36,138 nt of DNA from a virus, in IMG/VR virus record IMGVR_UViG_3300029928_000023, positions 1 through 36,138 of that record; one strand, 5' to 3'. Positions 8,765-17,212 of this stretch are shown piece by piece. The first letter of the stretch is position 1. Each line of letters starts with the position of its first letter. The notes under the pieces are model-generated. The model saw only the letters and a list, made by a program, of their open reading frames with translations. It made no database searches and had not been told where the DNA came from. The position numbers were made by a program, and so were the translations under genes.

Positions 8765-8778
8765 GCTAACCCCTCCTT

Positions 8779-9195
8779 TCAGTCAGAAAGACTTTCTTTC
8801 ATTATCTGCTCAGCTCTCTTTATGATCTTATCCTTGTTTGCATTAAAAGCATGCTCCATTGACCGATTCGGTCTTTTTCCATATGTATGATGATATTCAC
8901 CTGATGCATCCTGATATGTCCATCCACCTTTACGGCCATCACATTTTAATGCATATTCACCAGTACCAAATTCATTCCAGATAGCATTTTCAAGCGGAGA
9001 TCCTACAGTAGCAGTGCCTGTCGATTCATCTACCTCATAAGTCCATGAGCCTTTTAACTCACCTGTATCTACAGGAGAAGCAGATGCAATAGCACTTGCC
9101 AACTCACCTGCCGCCTCATACAGAAATGCCGTAATAGCGTCATTCATTGTAGCTTCAACCTCAATTCGGTTATCCTCAAATGTTATATCTGCCAT
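8779..9195 (-). CDS. HK97 gp10-family head-tail joining protein
   Basis: Motif PVDTGELKGSW after an N-terminal helical region. Position in the connector cluster. Confidence 0.65.
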   Translation of the reverse strand: MADITFEDNRIEVEATMNDAITAFLYEAAGELASAIASASPVDTGELKGSWTYEVDESTGTATVGSPLENAIWNEFGTGEYALKCDGRKGGWTYQDASGEYHHTYGKRPNRSMEHAFNANKDKIIKRAEQIMKESLSD

Positions 9196-9196
9196 T

Positions 9197-9535
9197 CTAC
9201 TGCCCTCCTGTATATTTCAGATAGATCTCAAGCTGCTCATGCATACCCATAGGGTCATCTATCAGCATGATGTCATATACCTGACCATTAATCACCATAC
9301 GGCTATTCTCAGCCTTAATCATGTCACTGAGCTGTTTATAATCAGCCACGAACATATGCGTGGATTCCTGCACCTTTGCATTGTATGTGGTATATTTGCT
9401 GTCACCACCTGAGAGATCTAGCCAACCGGTCAAGGTATCTTCAGATATCCATGTAACTTCCTGTTCCCCTATCTCATTCTTTGTAATTCTCTTGATCTGT
9501 ATATCTGCAACAACATTTCCGCCTATTCCTCTCAT
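9197..9535 (-). CDS. Head closure / head-tail adaptor protein (SPP1 gp16-like)
   Basis: 112 aa, tightly packed (1-nt gaps) between the gp6-like and gp10-like genes. The sequence pattern is typical of head-tail joining proteins. Confidence 0.6.
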   Translation of the reverse strand: MRGIGGNVVADIQIKRITKNEIGEQEVTWISEDTLTGWLDLSGGDSKYTTYNAKVQESTHMFVADYKQLSDMIKAENSRMVINGQVYDIMLIDDPMGMHEQLEIYLKYTGGQ

Positions 9536-9536
9536 G

Positions 9537-10073
9537 TTAAAACCTCGCTTTCATATATGGCTTTAAAAAGCCAAGAAGCGACTTTGGATATCCCATGAGG
9601 GAATTGTCGCCGTCCATATTGAAATAGGTCACAGAATGCCTACTGATGGTCTCAGACTGTACACCGACCTTATCCCGGTTGTTCAGGTCCCACGAGAGCA
9701 TGTTTGCAACTCCCAGTTTGATATCCATCGGATATACTATCTTCGTAGCCATTACCACCGGCTCACTCACAAGCTCCTCATTCACTTCTATATGTCCATT
9801 GCCCATATCCACAACCTTGATTGTATATAAACCATCGTTGTAGTGTGATTCCGACACCTGCAAGGTATCACCGACTTTGAACAACTCAGAAGCATACTGA
9901 AAGCCTGTCACAGCGTCCACAGGAGCCACAAACCGCCTGTTTCTATCCTGAAAGTTATTATTTGTATATTTTCTGATCAGGAGTTCCAGTGCCTGAAGCT
10001 TTGCTTCAAGCACCTTATCCTTTACTGCACCAGTATCAACATACTCTTTCAGTTCATCAACAGTCATGATCAT
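9537..10073 (-). CDS. Head-tail connector protein (gp6-like)
   Basis: N-terminus TVDELKEYVDTG...LEAKLQALELLIRKYTNNNF is typical of gp6-like connectors. AAGGTGGTGG RBS. The alternative start is ATG 10067. Confidence 0.65.
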   Translation of the reverse strand: MIMTVDELKEYVDTGAVKDKVLEAKLQALELLIRKYTNNNFQDRNRRFVAPVDAVTGFQYASELFKVGDTLQVSESHYNDGLYTIKVVDMGNGHIEVNEELVSEPVVMATKIVYPMDIKLGVANMLSWDLNNRDKVGVQSETISRHSVTYFNMDGDNSLMGYPKSLLGFLKPYMKARF

Positions 10074-10085
10074 ATGACCACCACC

Positions 10086-10256
10086 TTACTGTGCTGTAAC
10101 TGTATAACCATCATGCTCCATGAACCAGTCTGCCATACGCTTAGATGTGATCTCTGCCTTTCCATTAGCGAACTGCACACCACCGGCACCGATTCCGCAA
10201 TATGATGGATTTCCATTTACTGATACAATCCATTTTGATTCCTTTACTGCTGCCAT
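10086..10256 (-). CDS. Small hypothetical protein (56 aa) between the capsid and connector genes; too short for the ORF track
   Basis: My translation is MAAVKESKWIVSVNGNPSYCGIGAGGVQFANGKAEITSKRMADWFMEHDGYTVTAQ. AGGTGAG RBS upstream. It fills an otherwise empty 208-nt gap. Confidence 0.55.
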   Translation of the reverse strand: MAAVKESKWIVSVNGNPSYCGIGAGGVQFANGKAEITSKRMADWFMEHDGYTVTAQ

Positions 10257-10281
10257 ATCCTATCTCACCTATCCTTTCTAC

Positions 10282-11307
10282 TTACGCAATCTTGATGTTA
10301 CGAAGCGCACCTGCATGCTGTGTGTTTTTAAGAACTGTAGCTGCGATCATCTCTACTTCAGCATCCTTTACTGTTCCCGGCTTACTGAAATCAGGCAGAT
10401 ACTGATCAATAACTGAACCACCATTCAGGCTGATTCCGTGGAATCCATCGTTTACATCAAACTTGACTGCATAGATATCTGTAAGACCTGTTGTTTCTGT
10501 CTGTTCAGATCCAAGTTTTCTCTTAAGGCCTTTCTTAACAACAGAATTTGCAACAGCTGATCCACTTGATACGGTGTAATGATTCTGCATATCGATAAGC
10601 TTCACTCCATCAATCGTAGTGATACGCTTTCCGAATGCTTCCTCACTCTCTGTCTTGTATCCAAGGATACGGGCTACAGTCTGAATCTTTGTGATCATCT
10701 CTGTGTTTGTAAGCACTGCATCAGCATCTGTAGTCTTGATAAGGAGACTCAGAGCCTCATAGAACTCATCAGCGTTTGCTTTGAGTGAAGTGATAGATGA
10801 AAGATCAATAGCCTTGTCTGTGCCGTACTCTGTCGTTGTTCCAGCAATCATAGAATCAAGACCCTGAAACTCCGGATGATCACCAGATGCTGTTGTGGTT
10901 GCATCTCCATTAATCAGCGTGTAGTGGAATAAAGACACGATTGCCTTGATATGTTCCTCGATCTGATATGCCATGTTGTCAAAGTTACCAGCAACCTTAT
11001 TGAGCACTCTGTCCATCTGAACTGCTCCGCCCATGATCGCAAGATTTGCTTCGCACTCCTGCTTTGTAGCTGCTGATGCAGTATAAGAACCGCCTATCTT
11101 TCTAAACTCCGCTGTAGCTGGAAGTACTTTTCTGAGATACTTATACTTCATTGTTGAGCCACCGCCTGATGCTGATACACAGTCATCAAATGTCAGTGAC
11201 TGTAATACTGTTGACTGTCTAAGAAAGATATCCACGATCTGTGAAAATACCTTGTCACTCATACCTTTCTTAAGTTCTTCTAATGTCATTGCCATAGTTT
11301 TCACCAT
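10282..11307 (-). CDS. Major capsid protein
   Basis: 341 aa, directly after the scaffold gene. The N-terminus MTLEELKKGMSDKV...LQSLTFDD is typical of Firmicutes siphovirus capsid proteins. ATG 11295 (MAMTLEEL) has better GGTGA spacing than 11307. Confidence 0.75.
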   Translation of the reverse strand: MVKTMAMTLEELKKGMSDKVFSQIVDIFLRQSTVLQSLTFDDCVSASGGGSTMKYKYLRKVLPATAEFRKIGGSYTASAATKQECEANLAIMGGAVQMDRVLNKVAGNFDNMAYQIEEHIKAIVSLFHYTLINGDATTTASGDHPEFQGLDSMIAGTTTEYGTDKAIDLSSITSLKANADEFYEALSLLIKTTDADAVLTNTEMITKIQTVARILGYKTESEEAFGKRITTIDGVKLIDMQNHYTVSSGSAVANSVVKKGLKRKLGSEQTETTGLTDIYAVKFDVNDGFHGISLNGGSVIDQYLPDFSKPGTVKDAEVEMIAATVLKNTQHAGALRNIKIA

Positions 11308-11316
11308 TCCTTTCTT

Positions 11317-11961
11317 TTACTGGTTATTTGCATTTTCATACTGCTGTTTTAATGCCTCTGCAAGTGTCTTCGGTTCGCTGTTATTTGCGTTCGGATCACC
11401 CTTCTGAAGCTGGTTTTCAAGGATGTTCTTCTGGTTACTTCCAGCACTTTCAAACTGGTTCGGAAGCTGTGTCTTGAGATCTGCAAGCATGCTATCCCAT
11501 CCTTTGATGTTGCCATCATCGTCCAGTTTAAGCTCCGTATTCTTTTCTTTCAGGTATGCCTTTAATTTGTAAGCAACATAATCAACATCACTTACATGAG
11601 CAGATAATAACGCAACTTTAATAGCTGAATTAACTCTCGTTTCCTCAAGTTCCTGCTGCAGTCTTGTATTTTCAGCTTCATAAGTAGAAATCTTCTGCTG
11701 CATCCCCTCGTCGCCTTTAGATGCTTTTTTCAGTTCCTCAATGAGCTTATTTGCATTGCCAATCTCTGTGTCTTTGCCAGTGATCAATCCATTGAGTTTT
11801 TCAATCTCTGAATCATACTTCTCTTTGCTGACGTACTTGCCCTCGGACAGATCCGTATATCTGACATGATTAAGTTTATCCGGCTCTGCGCTGTTCTTCT
11901 CGTCAATCTTTGCCTGTACCTGTTTGTACAATTCTTCTCCTAACAGTTCCTTTAATTCCAT
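11317..11961 (-). CDS. Scaffolding protein
   Basis: MELKELLGEELYKQVQAKIDEKN..., highly charged and coiled-coil-like. The start is set at ATG 11961 after AAAGGATGGA. Lies immediately upstream of the capsid gene. Confidence 0.75.
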   Translation of the reverse strand: MELKELLGEELYKQVQAKIDEKNSAEPDKLNHVRYTDLSEGKYVSKEKYDSEIEKLNGLITGKDTEIGNANKLIEELKKASKGDEGMQQKISTYEAENTRLQQELEETRVNSAIKVALLSAHVSDVDYVAYKLKAYLKEKNTELKLDDDGNIKGWDSMLADLKTQLPNQFESAGSNQKNILENQLQKGDPNANNSEPKTLAEALKQQYENANNQ

Positions 11962-12068
11962 TGTTCCATCCTTTCTTGGCTTTAATCGTAGCCACACATG
12001 GCAGTTATCACTCTTGCCGGAGTTATTTTATCGTCACAGTTTTACCGCCTTAAGCCGATTTTTGGGCA

Positions 12069-12098
12069 TAAAAAAAGACCATGTTTTTATCATGGTCT
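12069..12098 (-). terminator. Rho-independent terminator inside the head module, after the Zn-ribbon ORF
   Basis: On the minus strand, AGACCATG (12098-12091) pairs with CATGGTCT (12083-12076) around a 7-nt loop, followed by TTTTTTTAT. Confidence 0.75.
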
Positions 12099-12136
12099 AA
12101 ATTACTAATTATTTAATTGCATTAGAAAGCACTCTG

Positions 12137-12331
12137 CTAATGCGGAGTGCTTTCTCTATTCACTGTCAACACTATTCCTGTTTCACATTTGTCGCATTTA
12201 AAAACTTTTGTAGTTTTAGGATCCCCAACTGCGGAAATATACCCCTCTTTGCAACGTGAGCATTTAATTTTTTCACCGTTTCTCATACGTTTTATACGTT
12301 CTAACGAATTATTTGTATACATATCTACCAT
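12137..12331 (-). CDS. Small zinc-ribbon protein (CxxC...CxxC); candidate partner or immunity protein for the MuF C-terminal domain
   Basis: KCSRCKEGY ... KCDKCETG. It starts 5-14 nt after the MuF stop. ATG 12322 (MYTNNSL) has better spacing from AAGGGG than 12331. Confidence 0.6.
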   Translation of the reverse strand: MVDMYTNNSLERIKRMRNGEKIKCSRCKEGYISAVGDPKTTKVFKCDKCETGIVLTVNRESTPH

Positions 12332-12335
12332 CCCC

Positions 12336-13847
12336 TTATGTGAGTTCAGGATACAACTTTTTTACTAATTTTAGTATATCTTCTTTATCTTGTTGTGTCA
12401 ATTCTCCCTTTCGATGGATAGTTTCAGCTTCAAAACATTTTACTTCCTCATCTAAAGTGCCCTTTCCGCCTAATTTTCTATGTGTTGCCTCATGTATTAA
12501 AATCTCCGCTGTCTTAGCCGTGGTTTTTGTTTTATCACAAAATACAGAAATAACATCATCCATCGAGTCATAATATCCATACAGACCATCAGGGTTATCT
12601 ATGCCATAGAGCAACTTAATTGGCACTTGATTTTTCTGTATGTATTCAAGGCTTTGCTTTCCTATATCTGATTTACTCATATCTTTCATAATATTTCTAG
12701 GTCTGATTGAATCTGCCTTAGTAATATTTATAGTATCAAATATACCTTCCGAAATAGGTTTCTTACGATACATCGGATTGCCATCAAGCAATCGTTTGTA
12801 CTTACTATATTCTTTATCAGACATAGTATCCAATACCTGTCTGAAGTTCTTCCTACCATACTTCTTTTCCATTTCAGTCACATGGTTCATGTAAGCAATA
12901 TTCTCATCAGACCAGTATTTTTTCTTGAATTCCTCGTATTCCTCTGGAGATTGAAATGAGACAATCTCCTTGGAGAAATTGTCCATTTTTATTATACCGC
13001 CTTCCAATGCCCATCTAGCATTCTGCAATAAACAGCAACGGCAATTACAATCTTCTGCTGGATCTCCAAACATCCCCGGAGCATCTACCTGTATACCACC
13101 AGCTTCAAAAGGTTCATCTATTTCATTAATCTGTCCATCAAGCAACCTGTGTAAATCCCTTGTTTTTCCATCAAGAGTAGCATCCCATTTTTTTACTATA
13201 TCTGCTCCTCTATCTTTGGCAGCCCTCTGCGCATCCATAGCAGACTGCACTTGTATGCGATGCCCTTCTGTTCTTGTAATTCGTATAGCATTATTATAAG
13301 CTTTAGAAAAAGCTGTATATCTGAATGTTCTCGCCATATTTGCAGCAATTTCATTATAGGTTTTTCCTGCTGCTACTCCCCTAGACACTTCATTACAAAC
13401 TGATTTTTTTAGCTCGTTTACATCTTCACCAAGACTATCATATAATGGCTTGCTTAACTTGCTATCTGTTTCAACAGCCCTAACAACAGCTTTCTGATCT
13501 ATAGCAGTAACGATAGGTATACCCTGTCCATGCAGATCATACATAGTCCCGACATAGCCATCGTTGTAGCACTTTGTCAGATAATCTGACACGGTTGCAT
13601 ATGCATTACTCTGCAAGGCACTCAAGGCACCTTCAAGCTGTGCCTTCAGTGCCTCTTGATATCTTCTCTGATATATTATACTTTGCAGATTTTCCATATC
13701 TGTCCTTGCAGACAACTCTCTGATCTTCTGCTCACAATCTCTCAGTGCCTGCTTATATGTATGCTTCAGACTGGCAATAGTTTTTTCCTCGTTATGTAGT
13801 TGTTCCTCAATTACTTCTTTCTGTCTCTTATTCATATTACATTTCAA
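12336..13847 (-). CDS. Head morphogenesis protein (SPP1 gp7 / Phage_Mu_F domain) with a ~170-aa C-terminal extension carrying an HExxH motif
   Basis: MuF core ITRTEGHRIQVQSAMDAQ ... DATLDGKTRDLHRLLDGQ ... DPAEDCNCRCCLL. The C-terminal extension contains LIHEATHRKL (HEATH encoded at 12480-12494). Confidence 0.8.
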   Translation of the reverse strand: MKCNMNKRQKEVIEEQLHNEEKTIASLKHTYKQALRDCEQKIRELSARTDMENLQSIIYQRRYQEALKAQLEGALSALQSNAYATVSDYLTKCYNDGYVGTMYDLHGQGIPIVTAIDQKAVVRAVETDSKLSKPLYDSLGEDVNELKKSVCNEVSRGVAAGKTYNEIAANMARTFRYTAFSKAYNNAIRITRTEGHRIQVQSAMDAQRAAKDRGADIVKKWDATLDGKTRDLHRLLDGQINEIDEPFEAGGIQVDAPGMFGDPAEDCNCRCCLLQNARWALEGGIIKMDNFSKEIVSFQSPEEYEEFKKKYWSDENIAYMNHVTEMEKKYGRKNFRQVLDTMSDKEYSKYKRLLDGNPMYRKKPISEGIFDTINITKADSIRPRNIMKDMSKSDIGKQSLEYIQKNQVPIKLLYGIDNPDGLYGYYDSMDDVISVFCDKTKTTAKTAEILIHEATHRKLGGKGTLDEEVKCFEAETIHRKGELTQQDKEDILKLVKKLYPELT

Positions 13848-14382
13848 TAGACATCGTGAAAGCTCTTACTTCTCCCTGCTTAATTGTTACCGGCTCGAAT
13901 GTTTCTCTTGCCATCAAATTTTTAAAATATGCGCTTGGTGTTGCTCCTGTTGTTCCATCTGTACACCATGCCAAAAACCATCCAATTTCTGATACAGTTA
14001 TATCTTCGTTGCTATTGTTTTTTACCGTTATCGTGAATACTCGATTTGTATTGTAGTTTTCCTTATAGCTTTCTATAATGCTTACTACATGCAAGCCGCC
14101 CTCAGAATATGCATAAGGAGCTTCTAACGTATAGTCATCCTTCGCTGGTTCTGTCGTTCCAGATCCAAGGAAGATATAGCTTCCGTTGTAAAACGTATCT
14201 ATTGAATAGTCGCCCAGTGGTGCATTTGCGTATATCTGGTTTAAATATGCATCTATCCAGCTAGAACTACCTACGTTGTTATCTACTGTCTTTATCTCCC
14301 CATTTATGTCCTTAAATGTAGTAGTCACCCATTCTCTTGATAGAAATGCATTTAACAATTGCATAAAATTTGGCATTATCAT
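13837..14382 (-). CDS. Hypothetical structural protein (181 aa)
   Basis: AGGAGG RBS. Coupled to the flanking genes, overlapping the MuF start by 11 nt. The motif FLGSGTTEPAKDDYTLE is reminiscent of phage fibre-associated proteins. No firm assignment. Confidence 0.5.
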   Translation of the reverse strand: MIMPNFMQLLNAFLSREWVTTTFKDINGEIKTVDNNVGSSSWIDAYLNQIYANAPLGDYSIDTFYNGSYIFLGSGTTEPAKDDYTLEAPYAYSEGGLHVVSIIESYKENYNTNRVFTITVKNNSNEDITVSEIGWFLAWCTDGTTGATPSAYFKNLMARETFEPVTIKQGEVRAFTMSIEM

Positions 14383-14396
14383 TTTTCGTTTACCTC

Positions 14397-15746
14397 CTAA
14401 CTTAATTCTTTTATTGCTGTAAAATCTTCCGTTCCTTTTGTTTCAAAATAAGTATCCGAAACATTGTCATATAGCTTTGGTTTGCCATCTGCATCATATT
14501 TTGGTACAAAATCACGAACAAGTGTGTCACCGTCATAAATTTTGCAATAATAAATATCTCCTATTTCACCCTCTGAAAATAACAGTACATTATTTTCATT
14601 TGAAGAATAATCGAATGTCTGTTTGCTTCCTGCCGCAAGCGTTTCACTCGTCTTTAAATCTTTGATATAACAGTTGCCAAGCTCATATTCATATGTCTTT
14701 GTTACATCGTCAGATCTAAGTATACATCGACCACTTTCTCCACCATAGTCAAGATAGAAACCATTTCCGTACCCAAAAAACCTTAGTGCAGTTGCTGGAT
14801 CGACATACATTCCAGCAAAATTAATTCCTGTCAGTTTGTCCATTTTGAATTTAAGTTGTATTTTAATTGTGTCTTTTGCTTTTACTCCAGTGTCAACCCA
14901 GCTGTTTCCATCCGAATGCACAGCGACAAATTTTTCTTCAAGCTTGCGACTTGTAACCTTTGTCTTTATTGCTTCGCCCACATGTGTTATTGCACCGATC
15001 TGGTTTGATGTGATCGTCTTTATCGCATCGCCCGCATGTGTGATCGTTGATCCTGAACCTCCTGCACTGCCTCCTGTCTTTATCTGACGTACATTTTCGG
15101 CCATAGTTGCAAAGCTGTCTGTACTTTCAGTAGCCACTCCTTTCTCAGTGATGGCACTGGCTACTTCTGTTTTTCCATCACTGACAGATTTTTTTAGGTT
15201 TTCTTCCGTTTCTTCTATCCTTTTCAACCGATCACCAACAATCTTTGCATCTGCCGCTTCACCGGATATAGACAAAGTAGAATCGACCTTAATCAAATAT
15301 TTCATAAACTGTGCAATGATATCTTTCTCCTGCCCGCTGTCTATTGTCTTTCCAAGTTCGCAACCATCAAGAACCCTGCAAACTGAAAGCTCTGTATTAT
15401 ACTCATGCGTTATATTCGATTCCTCATCAATCTTTGTAAAGCAGATCACGAAGCCAACCATGCCTGGGACTCTGCAAGCCGTAGCCCCTACGATCCACGA
15501 AAATGTAATATAATCTTCAGTTGTGAGCATATCATCAACGGCATAACAATCTGTCTCATTGTCCTCATTCACATAATTGACCTTTATGCTGAACTCAGAC
15601 ATATCATTATTCTGATAATATCTCGGCATTTTAAAATGCTTTCTTGTCACATTTTTATCATGATATACTCCGAGTATCTTCTCATTTCCCGGAAGTGTGA
15701 TCTTTCTCAAATTGCTATCTATTTTGCAATATGTAATATTCTCCAT
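14397..15746 (-). CDS. Fibre / receptor-binding-like protein: BppU-N-like N-terminus, Gly-rich linker and a C-terminal lectin/jelly-roll-like domain
   Basis: N-terminus ITLPGNEKILGVYHDKNVTRKHFKMPRYY...FSIKVNYVNEDNE. Linker KTGGSAGGSGS with an internal repeat ITHAGDAIKT / ITHVGEAIKT. The C-terminus LLFSEGEIGDIYYCKIYDGDTLVRDFVPKYDADGKPKLYDNVSDTYFETKGTEDF is a motif I recognise from gut-phage fibre C-termini. Confidence 0.5.
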   Translation of the reverse strand: MENITYCKIDSNLRKITLPGNEKILGVYHDKNVTRKHFKMPRYYQNNDMSEFSIKVNYVNEDNETDCYAVDDMLTTEDYITFSWIVGATACRVPGMVGFVICFTKIDEESNITHEYNTELSVCRVLDGCELGKTIDSGQEKDIIAQFMKYLIKVDSTLSISGEAADAKIVGDRLKRIEETEENLKKSVSDGKTEVASAITEKGVATESTDSFATMAENVRQIKTGGSAGGSGSTITHAGDAIKTITSNQIGAITHVGEAIKTKVTSRKLEEKFVAVHSDGNSWVDTGVKAKDTIKIQLKFKMDKLTGINFAGMYVDPATALRFFGYGNGFYLDYGGESGRCILRSDDVTKTYEYELGNCYIKDLKTSETLAAGSKQTFDYSSNENNVLLFSEGEIGDIYYCKIYDGDTLVRDFVPKYDADGKPKLYDNVSDTYFETKGTEDFTAIKELS

Positions 15747-15748
15747 CT

Positions 15749-17200
15749 TTATTCTTCACCACCTTTTACCGCTTTCAACAGATCCTGCGCTTTTTTCGTA
15801 TCGTCTTCTTCCTTTGCCGGTAACTTGTCTTTTATCTCCTCATAGTCAATATCTAACCAATCGCAAATAGCCTTAACTACAGTCTCATCATCAAGCACAT
15901 TCGCAACACTCAAGATCGTATTAATCTCTGCCTGTCTGGTTTGCGCTTCGGTCAGCTTGATCTGTGCATTTTCCTGCGCATTACTCATAATCTCATGGGT
16001 AAACTCAAACCGGACATCCTCAACCTGATATGCAGTTCCATCCGCATTGTTAATCTCATCTACGACTATCTCAACCAGCTTACGCAGCATCTTCTTGAGA
16101 TTTTTCTCTATCTTTTTTGCTTTCAGATCCAGAAGTGAATAGGCCGCTTTAATTGCTATATTCGTAGTTGCTGATGTATCTTTAAGCCCGGCGGTGTTTA
16201 GCCCCATACCAAACCGGTATATGTTCTTCTCGTCAAGTTCAAGCTTCGCCTGTCGTGCCTGATATGGGACATCAACAGTTTTAATGTCAATTCCGCCCTC
16301 TTCCCCCAAACCAACTATCTTCTTTGTCTTAAGGTTGGTCTGAAGCTCATCAAGATTATCTCCCTCAAATCCTTTTATTGCATAGATTGGGGAATCAAAG
16401 TCAATGAGATTGTTTGACAAGCTTGAAGCCATCAAATCATAGTCATCTATAAGTGGTTTCACCGGTCTAAGGCTTGAAAACTGCTTCTTATTGTTATCCA
16501 GCCGGATAAATGGAATATACCCAAATCCATCAAAGTAAGTAGCATCTTTCTTATCTCCTTGTGTATATAATACATGCGGTCTCGGATTTACCTGCTTTGA
16601 TTCATCAAGCTGTACATCTCCACCATCAACCTGAGTATAGAACCATGTTTCTTTTTCATCCCATACCTGTATGCGTTTTATTATCTTTCTGCCCTTGTCG
16701 ATACGTTCAATGTAATGATATATCGTATATTTGCATCCATCGTCCGCATCCTTTTCTCTGACTTCTATTACATCCAGCGCATCAGCCGCCGCAAATGCCA
16801 TCTTATCTTTTGCATTTTTGTACGCATACATATATGCCCAGCCCTTTACCTGACTATCTGTGATACAATCTGATAGTTCAGATATAAAGCTATCATTGTT
16901 GTTAAAATAGTTATCCATATAGGTCTGTAGCTTCTGATCATCTGCTACAACAAACCGATCATCAGACAGCACATACTGAGTACACTGATCAACAAGCTCC
17001 GTAAAGAACGGATGCGATATCCTCACATTGCTCCGTGTTAGATCTTCTACTAACTTGCCATCTGCATTGTAGTAAAACAATCTATACTTGTTTATATCGT
17101 GATCTCCGTCATAGTAGCGTTCGCCTGTTCTGGCAAACTGCTTCTTATCTGATGTTTTGTCATTATCAATCAATACCTTTATTTCATCAGTGGTTAACAC
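15749..17200 (-). CDS. Portal protein (SPP1 gp6-type)
   Basis: 483 aa, directly after TerL. The N-terminal motif FARTGERYYDGDHDI is typical of SPP1-family portals. Confidence 0.85.
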   Translation of the reverse strand: MLTTDEIKVLIDNDKTSDKKQFARTGERYYDGDHDINKYRLFYYNADGKLVEDLTRSNVRISHPFFTELVDQCTQYVLSDDRFVVADDQKLQTYMDNYFNNNDSFISELSDCITDSQVKGWAYMYAYKNAKDKMAFAAADALDVIEVREKDADDGCKYTIYHYIERIDKGRKIIKRIQVWDEKETWFYTQVDGGDVQLDESKQVNPRPHVLYTQGDKKDATYFDGFGYIPFIRLDNNKKQFSSLRPVKPLIDDYDLMASSLSNNLIDFDSPIYAIKGFEGDNLDELQTNLKTKKIVGLGEEGGIDIKTVDVPYQARQAKLELDEKNIYRFGMGLNTAGLKDTSATTNIAIKAAYSLLDLKAKKIEKNLKKMLRKLVEIVVDEINNADGTAYQVEDVRFEFTHEIMSNAQENAQIKLTEAQTRQAEINTILSVANVLDDETVVKAICDWLDIDYEEIKDKLPAKEEDDTKKAQDLLKAVKGGEE

Positions 17201-17212
17201 CTTTTCACCTCG

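Noticed and set aside
10120-10416. 98-aa and 67-aa plus-strand ORFs between the capsid and connector genes
   Set aside because: They lie antisense to the capsid 3' end and to the 56-aa minus-strand ORF, which has a proper RBS. They run against the direction of the whole late operon.
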